This document shows positions 37,311 through 46,254 of a stretch of DNA of 64,000 nt, in pieces. The notes under the pieces were generated by a model that was not told the DNA's origin, made no database searches, and saw only the letters and a program-made list of their open reading frames with translations. The translations under genes and the position numbers were made by a program. Numbering within the stretch: position 1 is the stretch's first letter; every line of letters starts with the position of its first letter. Source of the DNA: Minisyncoccota bacterium (GTDB lineage Bacteria > Patescibacteriota > Minisyncoccia > Minisyncoccales > JAGOPM01); assembly GCA_041651395.1 (NCBI GenBank), contig JBAZJI010000001.1, positions 635,920-699,919 of the forward strand, written 5' to 3'.

Positions 37311-38135
37311 ATGAAGAAAATATTTGTTGTCGTGATAGCATTTTTGGTAGTTTGTGGGCTTGGTGCATTTCCTGCTCCAAGGGTTGGTGCAGAAATAAAT
37401 AAGGCAAACATCAAATTCGACAAGGCAAGCTACAACCCGTCCGCATGGGATACGCAGGCCGAATGGTGGGCGCAGATTGCTGATACTTGGGCTTCTATTC
37501 CCTACCGCCTCACCGTTACTGTGCCGGGCGCCGAAGAATTTGTTTGTGGTGTCGCCTGTTATCACACCAAAACCAAGGTCATATCCTACAAACTTTGCCA
37601 GCCGCAAAAATACAGTTACCAAGGCAGAATCCTGTTAACCGGCCTTTGCCATAATAGCGAATATATCGGCTGGCTATTCAAATTCAAAAAAGGCGAAGAA
37701 AAATTGTATCTACCCCCGACCTTGCCAAAAAGCGACACCTTCAAGTTCAAAACCAAATTACCCAAAATCGTAGTTTTCGGCGAAAAGGTAAATTTCCTGA
37801 ATGGCGGAAAGGACAAAGATCACTACACTATCCAAGCATATTGCGCTTCTTTCCTGGAAAGGAAATGCTATGTAGAAATTTTCATCTACACCATGTGTGA
37901 CAATCTTCAAAGTGTCGGTCCAGCGGAAACCGGAATAAAATACTGGATTAAACAAGACAAAGAAGATGCACTCTACGGTCCCGGCCCAAAAGAAGAAGTA
38001 AAATACTTCACGGTCAATGAACCAGACAGGCAATACAAACATTACTACCGCTATATGTTTACTTGGCGGGAAGCAGGCCGATGGGTAGAGCAAAAAACTG
38101 AATGGAAAACATTTGATATCCCTCCAAAATCTTAA
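37311..38135 (+). CDS. secreted hypothetical protein
   Basis: Signal peptide MKKIFVVVIAFLVVCGLGAFPA. 274 aa, with a terminator hairpin at 38154-38183. Confidence 0.6.
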   Translation: MKKIFVVVIAFLVVCGLGAFPAPRVGAEINKANIKFDKASYNPSAWDTQAEWWAQIADTWASIPYRLTVTVPGAEEFVCGVACYHTKTKVISYKLCQPQKYSYQGRILLTGLCHNSEYIGWLFKFKKGEEKLYLPPTLPKSDTFKFKTKLPKIVVFGEKVNFLNGGKDKDHYTIQAYCASFLERKCYVEIFIYTMCDNLQSVGPAETGIKYWIKQDKEDALYGPGPKEEVKYFTVNEPDRQYKHYYRYMFTWREAGRWVEQKTEWKTFDIPPKS

Positions 38136-38212
38136 CCTCCAAATAACAAACAAAGGCGCCCTCTCGGGTGCCTATTTTTTTTGTTTTGAGCCGGTGATAT
38201 AATAGCGGCATT

Positions 38213-38491
38213 ATGTCCATATTCGAAATTGCCATGCTAGTTTGTTTTGGCTTGTCTTGGCCATTTGCCATAGTTCGCTCCTACAAAGCAAAAACCTCAA
38301 AGGGCAAAACGCCGCTGTTTACTATTTTACTGGCCATTGGTTATGTTTTTGGGATAATAAACAAAATACTTTTTAGTCGCGATATTGTTATATTTTTTTA
38401 TTGCCTCAATTTGCTAATGGTCTTAATTGAACTTGGCCTTTATTTTCGAAATTTAAGATTTGATAAAGCAATAGAAAAAGCTGTTGCTTGA
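38213..38491 (+). CDS. small 3-TM membrane protein, PQ-loop / LAB_N-like (MtN3-like clan)
   Basis: 92 aa with three helices. SYKAKTSKGKTPLF and the C-terminal LYFRNL resemble lipid-A-disaccharide-synthase N-terminal-domain/PQ-loop patterns. Confidence 0.45.
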   Translation: MSIFEIAMLVCFGLSWPFAIVRSYKAKTSKGKTPLFTILLAIGYVFGIINKILFSRDIVIFFYCLNLLMVLIELGLYFRNLRFDKAIEKAVA

Positions 38492-38545
38492 GTTAATATT
38501 AAAAAATCCGCCGGTAATAATGGCGGATTTTTTAATTACACGATA

Positions 38546-39985
38546 TCAACGCTGGACAAAAAATAGATTTAATATCGAAGCCGCAAGAGAGGCCGGGCTC
38601 AAAAAAGTAGTAGGGCTTGGCAGTGGGTTTCCCGGTAAAGGCGCCTCCATCATCGAAGGCTGCATGGGTTGTGGCTCCATTGGCGTCATAGGCGGCTGCC
38701 CGCCGGGCATTGGCTGCCCTGGAGGGGGCATTTGGCCTGGCATTTGCCCATCCGCAGGAGGTGCAAAATTACAATTTTCACCTTGGCAAGGCATGGGGCT
38801 TTGTGGCGGCATCTGACCAGTTGGGGGTTGCATCTGTCCGGGAATTTGTTGGTTATAAGATCCCGGTGGCATAACGGACGGTTGGAAATTCTTACACTCC
38901 TCGCCGTGCGTTGCGCAATATGCTTGGCAAGCTTCGGGGCCTTGGCACCCGCCCGGGCCACTAAATTGCGAGCCGTCGCCCATGGGATTAATTGAGCCTC
39001 CTTGGTCTTGATTTGGGGGCATGAATTGCTGACAATTTTGCGGATTATTTTGGCAATAAGTTTTACATTCCTCTTCGCTCTTGCATCCGCCCGGGCCCCC
39101 TTGGCCAAATCCTCCTTGGCGCATCATCTCTGCATCCTTCTCGCTCATAAATCCGGCAGCCACAAAAAATTTAATGCACTCTTCCTTATGGTCTTCCTGC
39201 GAACAATAAGCATCGCATTCCTCCTTACCCTTGCATGGCGGTGGCTTTGCACCCTTCTCCAAAGCTTGGAGCATCTTCTGCGCACCGGCTTTTTCTTCTT
39301 CACTCATAAACCCGGCCTCCAAGGCAAAATTCATGCACTCCTTCATATTTTCGGAATTGTTACAATACGCATCACAAGCCTCTTTACCTTTGCAGGGCAA
39401 AGGCTTTACTCCCCGCTTAATGGCCGCCAACATTTTGCGCGCGTCCTCAAGCTCTTTACCCTGCAAAAATCCCGACTCCATGCCAAAAGTAATACATTCC
39501 TCCATATGCTCTCCGCTTTCACAATAAGCGTCACAAGATTTTTTGTTCCCGCAAGCCGGAGGCTTAATGCCCCGCTTAATGGCCGCTTGCACTTTTTTAG
39601 CCTCAGCCAATTCCTCTCCAGACATAAACCCGGCCTTTTCGGCAAAGTTTATACATTCGTCCATATGTTCCATATCATTGCAATAATCCTCACAAGCATC
39701 TTTGCTCTTGCACCCTCCGGGGCCTTGGCCTTCGGCGGCTAAAAATTTTTCTGCTTTTTTTACTTCCTCCTCCGACATCAAATTTTTCTTTTTGGCAAAA
39801 TCCAAACAGGCTTGGCTGTTCTCGGGCTTATCACAATATTGCCGGCAAGCAATTTGGTTTTGGCAACCGCCCAACTCAGCAACCGGATACGAAACATCAG
39901 CTATTTCCTGCGCCCAAACACTGCTGGTAAAAAATGCCATCAAGAAACAAAATGCAAGACCAAAGACAAAATATTTATATTCCAT
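38546..39985 (-). CDS. secreted Cys-rich tandem-repeat protein with P/Q/G/M-rich C-terminal tail
   Basis: Signal peptide, then 5-7 copies of a ~52-aa unit: C-x5-C-x3-C-x8-C ... GFMS.EE ... A.K.L.A...G.KPP. Confidence 0.7.
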   Translation of the reverse strand: MEYKYFVFGLAFCFLMAFFTSSVWAQEIADVSYPVAELGGCQNQIACRQYCDKPENSQACLDFAKKKNLMSEEEVKKAEKFLAAEGQGPGGCKSKDACEDYCNDMEHMDECINFAEKAGFMSGEELAEAKKVQAAIKRGIKPPACGNKKSCDAYCESGEHMEECITFGMESGFLQGKELEDARKMLAAIKRGVKPLPCKGKEACDAYCNNSENMKECMNFALEAGFMSEEEKAGAQKMLQALEKGAKPPPCKGKEECDAYCSQEDHKEECIKFFVAAGFMSEKDAEMMRQGGFGQGGPGGCKSEEECKTYCQNNPQNCQQFMPPNQDQGGSINPMGDGSQFSGPGGCQGPEACQAYCATHGEECKNFQPSVMPPGSYNQQIPGQMQPPTGQMPPQSPMPCQGENCNFAPPADGQMPGQMPPPGQPMPGGQPPMTPMEPQPMQPSMMEAPLPGNPLPSPTTFLSPASLAASILNLFFVQR

Positions 39986-39989
39986 ATTA

Positions 39990-40379
39990 TTAAAATGGAT
40001 TAACTTTTATTCCCTTAATAGGATTAATCTTATCAACCGGATTAATATCAGGCTTATTTTGCAGTGGTTGCTGCTCTTGGACCGAGGGCATGACACTGGT
40101 GGGCGTAGCGGATGCACTAGTAGGGGCCGCCTCACTGGCTTTAGGTGTTTCGCCCGTTGAGCTGGCAATTTCTGACGGCTTATTTTCCAAGGTCGCAGCG
40201 GGCTTGCCAGTATTACTTAAATAAAAATAATACCCCAACAAAAAAACAAAAAGCAAGATAGCGATAATTATTAAAATTATCTTCTTCTTGCCCGGTTCTA
40301 TATTTTGATTGGCCATAATTTGTAATTTAGCTTGATTAATTATACCAAAGCCTAAACTATGCAACAAATAAAATTGCAC
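39990..40379 (-). CDS. membrane-anchored hypothetical protein
   Basis: One TM helix (IILIIIAILLFVFLLGYYFYL). The start is more likely the internal MANQNIE. Confidence 0.45.
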   Translation of the reverse strand: MQFYLLHSLGFGIINQAKLQIMANQNIEPGKKKIILIIIAILLFVFLLGYYFYLSNTGKPAATLENKPSEIASSTGETPKASEAAPTSASATPTSVMPSVQEQQPLQNKPDINPVDKINPIKGIKVNPF

Positions 40380-40393
40380 CCATGGGCTTAAAT

Positions 40394-40422
40394 AAAAAAC
40401 CCCTGCAAAAGCAGGGGTTTTT
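40394..40422 (-). terminator. intrinsic terminator downstream of rpoD
   Basis: aacccctgc-aaaa-gcaggggtt, followed by a T-run on the minus strand. Confidence 0.6.
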
Positions 40423-40425
40423 AGA

Positions 40426-41670
40426 TCAATAATAATCTTTTAACTTTTCCAGAGCTCCCAATTTGCGCATTTTTTCCAAAGCCTTGGCTTGAATTTGGCG
40501 GATACGCTCACGAGTAACCTTAAATTCCTCGCCTACCTCCTCGAGGGTATGGGGCACTCCGTCTTCTAAACCAAAACGCATGGATAAAATTTTTCTTTCG
40601 CGGGGCGTCAGGTAAACGGCAATCTTGTCGAGGCGCTCCTTGAGGATAGACCGGGCAGCCTCTGTGGAGGGGCTCGGCGTTGTATCATCTTTAACGAATT
40701 CAGCCAAAATGCTATCTTCCTCGCCTTCCCCTACCGGTGTTTCCAAAGATACGGTCTTCTGAGAAATCTGCATCAAATGATGAATCTTTTCCGGTTCCAA
40801 ACCCATTTCCGCAGCAATTTCCTCAGGTAAAGGTTCGCGGCCAAGATCCTTCATCAACCAACGTTTAGTTTTATTATACTTGGTAATAAGCTCAATCATG
40901 TGCACTGGAATGCGAATGGTGCGCCCCTCATCAGCCAAAGAACGGGTAATAGCTTGGCGAATCCACCAAGTGGCATAAGTTGAAAACTTAAACCCTTTGC
41001 GCCAATCAAATTTTTCCACGGCGCGAATGAGCCCTAAGTTACCCTCTTGGATTAAATCCAACAGAGTTAAATTCGGAGAACGATCAATATATTTTTTGGC
41101 AATAGAAACCACCAAGCGCAAGTTTGCTTGGATGAGTTTTTTCTTGGCTTCCAAATCGCCTTTTTCTATCCTTTGCGCTAATTGCCTTTCCTGCTCGGCG
41201 GTCGGAGGTGGAATTTTTCCAATCTCTTTAAGATACATTTCTACCGAATCTATCGGGGCGTCCCAAATATTAATTGAAAGCTTACGGCCGGCAGTTTTTG
41301 GAGTAGCCGGCAAACCAATCTCTAAAAATTCTTGGCGCTCCTTTACTTCAATACCCTTGGCCTTGAGCTCATCATAAAGTTGGTCGAGGCGCTCAATATG
41401 GGATTCAAAATGCGGAAAAGCCGCCATGATTTCATTAAAAGTTACAAAGCCGCGCTCCCGGCCCTTTTTGATAACATATTCTACTTTCTCAATCGGGAAA
41501 GCAACTTCGACTGGAACGATTTCTTTTTTCTTTCTCTTCCCCACCTTGGCCTTCTTGCGAGAAACTTTTGCCCCTTTTGGGTGCTTAACTTTTTTGACCA
41601 ATTTCTTCTTGGCCGGCTTGGCCTTTTTAGTCGGCTTTTTTTTGGCTGCTTTCTTTGCCTTTTTTGCCAT
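40426..41670 (-). CDS. rpoD: RNA polymerase sigma-70 factor with Lys-rich N-terminal extension
   Basis: Region 2 [12 protein letters not shown], region 4.2 [24 protein letters not shown]. The first ~50 aa are [21 protein letters not shown]-type. Confidence 0.9.
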   Translation of the reverse strand: MAKKAKKAAKKKPTKKAKPAKKKLVKKVKHPKGAKVSRKKAKVGKRKKKEIVPVEVAFPIEKVEYVIKKGRERGFVTFNEIMAAFPHFESHIERLDQLYDELKAKGIEVKERQEFLEIGLPATPKTAGRKLSINIWDAPIDSVEMYLKEIGKIPPPTAEQERQLAQRIEKGDLEAKKKLIQANLRLVVSIAKKYIDRSPNLTLLDLIQEGNLGLIRAVEKFDWRKGFKFSTYATWWIRQAITRSLADEGRTIRIPVHMIELITKYNKTKRWLMKDLGREPLPEEIAAEMGLEPEKIHHLMQISQKTVSLETPVGEGEEDSILAEFVKDDTTPSPSTEAARSILKERLDKIAVYLTPRERKILSMRFGLEDGVPHTLEEVGEEFKVTRERIRQIQAKALEKMRKLGALEKLKDYY

Positions 41671-41671
41671 A

Positions 41672-43453
41672 TTATATTAATTTGGTGAGTTTTTCGCTAA
41701 GCGCCTGAAATTCATTACAAAGATTAGCTGTAGTAGACGCATCCTTACAAATCTCCGCATTTTTTATCCTGAGCTGTAAATCCTGCATTTGCTGACGAAT
41801 ATTCATAACCCGATATTCTTTCAAGCTTACATTAAGCTCCTGCTCCGGGTCGATCTTTTCCCCCATTGCCTCTTCAATTTCCCTCTGAAAAACCAGATCC
41901 TTCAAAAATTGCATGAAATTCGCATCGGGGATTTTTTCCACTGAAAAATCCGCCTGACTGCGGTATGAGGCCAAGATCTCGCGATATTTTTCAGAGAACA
42001 TTGGCACATCCTCATCATACACCTTATTCTTAAAATCGTCCCGGTGCAAAAGTATGGATACTATCCTTTCTTCTAACATATCTTTGCGGGTCTTGGCAAC
42101 TACTTTGCTTAGCTGCGGCGCTTTGGCCACGACTGGGACAGCTGGCGCATATTGCTCTTTTTCTTCCTTAAGCTGGGCCATTTGCTCCAAAAGAGTGCTT
42201 TCTTTTACTGAAAGCTTGGCGGACAGCTGCTGCACCCAATAATCCTTCTCAATTTTATTAGCGAGCCGCTTAATGACTGGCAAAATCATCTCGGCCGCAT
42301 TTTTTTTGCCCTCGATATTGGAAATGTCATAACGCGAAAATGCCACTTCGCAATAAAAATCCATTATGGATTTGCGTTTGGAGGCGATCTCCTTCCACTT
42401 CTCAGGATTTTCCTTAACCACATCGGCCGGATCTTTGTCACCGGCAGGCATAGTCAATGTATAAACATTAAAACCAAAGGCCAAGGCCATTTTTATCCCC
42501 CTATCCATGGCCGTATTGCCGCCCAAATCCATATCAAAGGCGAGAATAATACTCTTAGTTATCTTTTTCAAATATTCCAAATGCCGCTGCGTCAAAGCCG
42601 TGCCCGAGCTCGCCACAACATTGGCCACGCCAGCCTGGTGGGACATTATTGTATCCATTTGCCCCTCCACTACAATACAGGCATCATCCCTCATAATGTT
42701 TATTTTGGCTCTCTGGATTCCATAAAGCGCCGTGGATTTATCATAAATAAGAGTATTGGGCGTATTCATGTATTTAGCCATACCCTTCTCCTCCTGCTCT
42801 TTGGATAAAACCCGCCCAGTAAAACCAATGACCCGCGAAGAATAATCAAAAATCGGAAACATAATGCGCAAACGGAAGCGATCATAAAACTCCCCGCTCG
42901 GTTTGCGGATAATGAGTCCTGTCTGTTCGATTTCACTTTTGGAAAAACCATACTTGATTAAAAAATCGCCAAGCGCAGACCAAGTATCGGGCGCAAAACC
43001 AATGCGCCACTCTTTTATGGTTTCCGCCTTCATGGCGCGAGACATTAAATAATCAAGGGCCCGCTTGCCTTGCGCTGACTGGGTTTGCTTTTCAAAAAAC
43101 TTGCAGGCCAATTCACAAATTTCAAATTGCCTGTCTTTGAGACTCTTATTCTTTTTAGCCTCGGGATTTTCTTGCAATTCTATACCCGCGCGCTTTGCCA
43201 AAATTCTCAGAGCCTCCACGAAATCGATATTCTCAATAGCCTGCACAAAGGTAAACATATCGCCGCCCTGTCCGGAAGAAAAATCATGCCAGATTTGTTT
43301 GGCCGGAGAAACAAAAAATGACGGGTTTTTCTCCGTATGGAAAGGAGAAACCGCCCGGTAATTGATGCCGACTTTTTGCAGCTTGATATAACTGCCGATT
43401 ACCTCGACAATATCGAGCTTCCTTTTTATTTCTTCAACAACAGAATCGACCAT
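41672..43453 (-). CDS. dnaG: DNA primase
   Basis: [13 protein letters not shown] zinc-ribbon-region homolog, TOPRIM VVEGQMD and [10 protein letters not shown]. Lies 1 nt upstream of rpoD (macromolecular-synthesis operon order). Confidence 0.9.
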   Translation of the reverse strand: MVDSVVEEIKRKLDIVEVIGSYIKLQKVGINYRAVSPFHTEKNPSFFVSPAKQIWHDFSSGQGGDMFTFVQAIENIDFVEALRILAKRAGIELQENPEAKKNKSLKDRQFEICELACKFFEKQTQSAQGKRALDYLMSRAMKAETIKEWRIGFAPDTWSALGDFLIKYGFSKSEIEQTGLIIRKPSGEFYDRFRLRIMFPIFDYSSRVIGFTGRVLSKEQEEKGMAKYMNTPNTLIYDKSTALYGIQRAKINIMRDDACIVVEGQMDTIMSHQAGVANVVASSGTALTQRHLEYLKKITKSIILAFDMDLGGNTAMDRGIKMALAFGFNVYTLTMPAGDKDPADVVKENPEKWKEIASKRKSIMDFYCEVAFSRYDISNIEGKKNAAEMILPVIKRLANKIEKDYWVQQLSAKLSVKESTLLEQMAQLKEEKEQYAPAVPVVAKAPQLSKVVAKTRKDMLEERIVSILLHRDDFKNKVYDEDVPMFSEKYREILASYRSQADFSVEKIPDANFMQFLKDLVFQREIEEAMGEKIDPEQELNVSLKEYRVMNIRQQMQDLQLRIKNAEICKDASTTANLCNEFQALSEKLTKLI

Positions 43454-43541
43454 AATTTTCTGGCCTTGTCTTAAACATCATAAACTAAAAATAATGGGGG
43501 CGCAAATTGCCAAAATAATATATTTATGTCTAAATTAAACT

Positions 43542-44039
43542 ATGAAAATCGCCATCATTTCTGATACGCACGACAATCTGCCTAATCTCCAAAAGACACT
43601 CAAGTTTTGCCAAAAGGAAGACATTACGCAAATTATCCATTGCGGAGACGTTTGCTCCCGCGATACCCTGGCGGAATTTTCTGCCGACTGGATAGAAAAG
43701 CTCTATCTCTCTTTTGGCAATGCTGATTTTACAAAGGATCTGGAATTTGGCGCAGCTGTAACCAAAAAGATTGCGATATTTGATTCTATCGGGAAAGCAC
43801 AAGTCGGTGGGCTTGATTTGGCCTTTTGCCACTTTCCGGAAATTGCCGCCAGTCTTGCCTCGCAGGATAAATATGATTTTGTCTTTCATGGCCACACGCA
43901 CAAACCGTGGCTGGAACAGGTTGGAAAAAGCATTCTCGCCTGCCCGGGCAATGTAGCCAATTTATACTTTGCTCCAAGTTTTGCCATTCTTGATACTAAA
44001 ACCAAAAAATTAGAACTGAAACTGCTTAATAAAATCTAA
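43542..44039 (+). CDS. YfcE/MJ0936-type metallophosphoesterase
   Basis: MKIAIISDTHDN, HCGDV, and FHGHTHKP motifs. Confidence 0.8.
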   Translation: MKIAIISDTHDNLPNLQKTLKFCQKEDITQIIHCGDVCSRDTLAEFSADWIEKLYLSFGNADFTKDLEFGAAVTKKIAIFDSIGKAQVGGLDLAFCHFPEIAASLASQDKYDFVFHGHTHKPWLEQVGKSILACPGNVANLYFAPSFAILDTKTKKLELKLLNKI

Positions 44040-44048
44040 AAGCAGGCT

Positions 44049-44594
44049 TTAGCCTGCTTTTTTCTTGGAAGTAATATTTATCAGCCTGTTAGGAATAAAA
44101 TATTCTCGGCCATCAAGGCCATCAACAATTGTTCGCCGCAAGGTAATATCCTTAACCGTGCCCTCAACGGCCTCAATCTTCACTGTGTCGCCTAAACGGA
44201 TTTGATCGTCAAGCAAAATAAAAAATCCCGAGATAAAATCCTGCACGAACTCCTTGGCAGCCATAGAAAAAGCCAAGCTCAAAACCCCGGCCGTGGCAAT
44301 GATAGGAGTGGTATTAACTCCGAATTCCGGCAAAATAATAATCAAAGCAATTACTCTGGCAATAGCCCGAGTAGCCCCAGAAAACGATTTAACAAAAGTC
44401 TCCACTCTCTGCTTCTCGGCCACCCGATACACATGGCTTTTGGATCCTCGCGCCAAAACCCTGATTAACCAATACGCAACGATTTCCAGTAAAAGAAAAA
44501 CTAGGATTATTTTAATCGCCTTTAAGGCCGGTTCACTGAATTGGCCCAAGAGACTAAAGGCAAAATTTTCGATTGCAGCTGTAAAATATTGCAT
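44049..44594 (-). CDS. short MscS-family mechanosensitive channel-like protein
   Basis: GDTVKIEAVEGTVKDITLRRTIV..DGREYFIPN is the MscS beta-domain signature. The protein ends soon afterwards and lacks the usual C-terminal domain. Confidence 0.6.
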   Translation of the reverse strand: MQYFTAAIENFAFSLLGQFSEPALKAIKIILVFLLLEIVAYWLIRVLARGSKSHVYRVAEKQRVETFVKSFSGATRAIARVIALIIILPEFGVNTTPIIATAGVLSLAFSMAAKEFVQDFISGFFILLDDQIRLGDTVKIEAVEGTVKDITLRRTIVDGLDGREYFIPNRLINITSKKKAG

Positions 44595-44599
44595 AATGT

Positions 44600-44971
44600 T
44601 TAATTTTGCCAGAGTCCATGCAAATTACAATATGCCCTGGCCTTGCCTGTGCCATTTGGGCAGCAGCAGAACTGTGCTTCGGGTTTTTCGCCCGGCTGCA
44701 AGAATTTCCGACAGCCGCAATCCAGGCATTCAATCCATTCGATAAAATGCGCCTCTTCCATAGGGTGAGCGATGCTCCCGACTTTTACTTTTATCCTCTC
44801 CTGGGACTTTTCGGAAACCGGAACGTGTTTTTCTTGAGCCCCGTCACTGGTATTAGCTTTTTGCAAATGCATTTCCTGACCGCAACAGACCAAGGTGCCG
44901 GCGCCAGTATGCAAAACTTCCACGATATTGCCGCAAATGGCGCATTTATAAATTTGTTTTAATTCGGTCAT
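44600..44971 (-). CDS. dfx: desulfoferrodoxin (2Fe superoxide reductase)
   Basis: N-terminal YKCAICGNIVEVLH...LVCCGQEM, EKHVPV, HPMEEAHFIEWI, and YCNLHGLW closely parallel Desulfovibrio Dfx. Confidence 0.85.
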   Translation of the reverse strand: MTELKQIYKCAICGNIVEVLHTGAGTLVCCGQEMHLQKANTSDGAQEKHVPVSEKSQERIKVKVGSIAHPMEEAHFIEWIECLDCGCRKFLQPGEKPEAQFCCCPNGTGKARAYCNLHGLWQN

Positions 44972-44977
44972 ATAATA

Positions 44978-45550
44978 TTAATAATTTTCTGACTGTATTT
45001 GGAAGAAGGCCTGCGGATGTTTGCATGATGGGCACTCCTGGGGAGCTTCTGGCCCAAAGTGGATATACCCGCATTCGCGACAAATCCAAAATACGCCATT
45101 AGGCTTTTTGAAGATTGAATTATTATTTAAGTTTTCCAATAATTTCTTATAGCGCTGCTCATGATGCTCTTCAGCCTTGGCAATCGCGCGCATGGTGTCG
45201 GCGATTTTAGAATAGCCCTCCTTATCAGCCACTTCGGCGAAAGAAGGATACATGGAGGAATATTCATGATTTTCTCCGGCAATAGCAGCCGCTAAATTTT
45301 CTTTGGTTGTCTGATATACGGTTGGTATTCCGGCATCAATGGCGATATCATTGCCATCCTCTTTTAACTCCTGGATAAATTCAAAAAGGGTTTTGGCGTG
45401 CCTTTTTTCTTGATCGGCAGTTTCTAAAAATATCGCGCTTATCTGCTCATAACCTTCTTTTTGTGCCACTCTAGCATAAAAAGTATAGCGGTTACGCGCC
45501 TGGCTCTCACCCACAAAAGCTTTGGCTAAATTTTTGAGTGTTTCTTTCAT
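44978..45550 (-). CDS. rbr: rubrerythrin
   Basis: Ferritin-like diiron domain (E..E..H pairs) plus a C-terminal rubredoxin CRECGY...CPSCKHP. Confidence 0.9.
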   Translation of the reverse strand: MKETLKNLAKAFVGESQARNRYTFYARVAQKEGYEQISAIFLETADQEKRHAKTLFEFIQELKEDGNDIAIDAGIPTVYQTTKENLAAAIAGENHEYSSMYPSFAEVADKEGYSKIADTMRAIAKAEEHHEQRYKKLLENLNNNSIFKKPNGVFWICRECGYIHFGPEAPQECPSCKHPQAFFQIQSENY

Positions 45551-45630
45551 ATTTTATTTTTGTTTATTTAGAGAGTAAAGCCGTCCCGCGTAAGCGGGGC
45601 GGCAAAACCTTAAATTTCCAATTACTTTTT

Positions 45631-46245
45631 CTAAGTGCCAAGGAACTTCTTATAAACCAAGTAAGCTACACCAGATAAAATCAAAATCACAACCACAATC
45701 CCTAAAATAATAAAACCGGTAAAATCTTGTTTTTTAGGTGTAGCCGTCGAGGTCGCGGGTGAAGGCTTGCAATCAACGCTACAATTTTCAATCGTTTCCC
45801 CGCTTTCGCATTCGTTGTTCCCGCAAAAGGCCGTCGGTTTTTCTTTTTTAGTGAAAGAAAAATTATTTTCCGTAAATTCCAGAGGTTCGCCGTTTTTATC
45901 CATAACCTCCACCATTGGCGTCTCTTGGCTGCTCACCACACACAAAGTGCAATCCGCCGCATAAGAAGTAGCACACTTCTCTCCGCTGCCCGGCTTGGAA
46001 ATATAGCCCTTCAAAGTGCAATAATTAAATTTCTGCCCGCATTTACCGGTAAAAAATGCCCAATCGTCGCAAGAAGTTTTATCGGGGAAAACACAATACG
46101 CGCTTTGGCCCACATCATTATCTTTTATCACATAATCATAGCCCATTTGCTCGCAATATTTTGCAGCCGGGTTAAAAGCGGCCTGCGCCCAAGGCGCTAA
46201 AAATATGGCGGAAATTATCGCTAATAATAAATATATCTTTTTCAT
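45631..46245 (-). CDS. DUF333-domain protein with C-terminal membrane anchor
   Basis: NPAAKYCEQMGYDY...AYCVFPD..SCDDWAFFTGKCG is the DUF333 pattern. Signal peptide plus a C-terminal TM helix. Confidence 0.6.
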   Translation of the reverse strand: MKKIYLLLAIISAIFLAPWAQAAFNPAAKYCEQMGYDYVIKDNDVGQSAYCVFPDKTSCDDWAFFTGKCGQKFNYCTLKGYISKPGSGEKCATSYAADCTLCVVSSQETPMVEVMDKNGEPLEFTENNFSFTKKEKPTAFCGNNECESGETIENCSVDCKPSPATSTATPKKQDFTGFIILGIVVVILILSGVAYLVYKKFLGT

Positions 46246-46254
46246 GCGTTTTTC

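Noticed and set aside
39002-39742. 246-aa plus-strand ORF, with 38484..38816 and 38669..38995 alongside.
   Set aside because: These are antisense shadows of the Cys-rich repeat gene. Their low-complexity Leu/Phe/Ala-rich or Gly/Pro-rich translations are a product of the repeat.
44600-45550. Desulfoferrodoxin plus rubrerythrin pair considered as unusual.
   Set aside because: This is the standard oxidative-stress pair of anaerobes. It is noted as a feature only.
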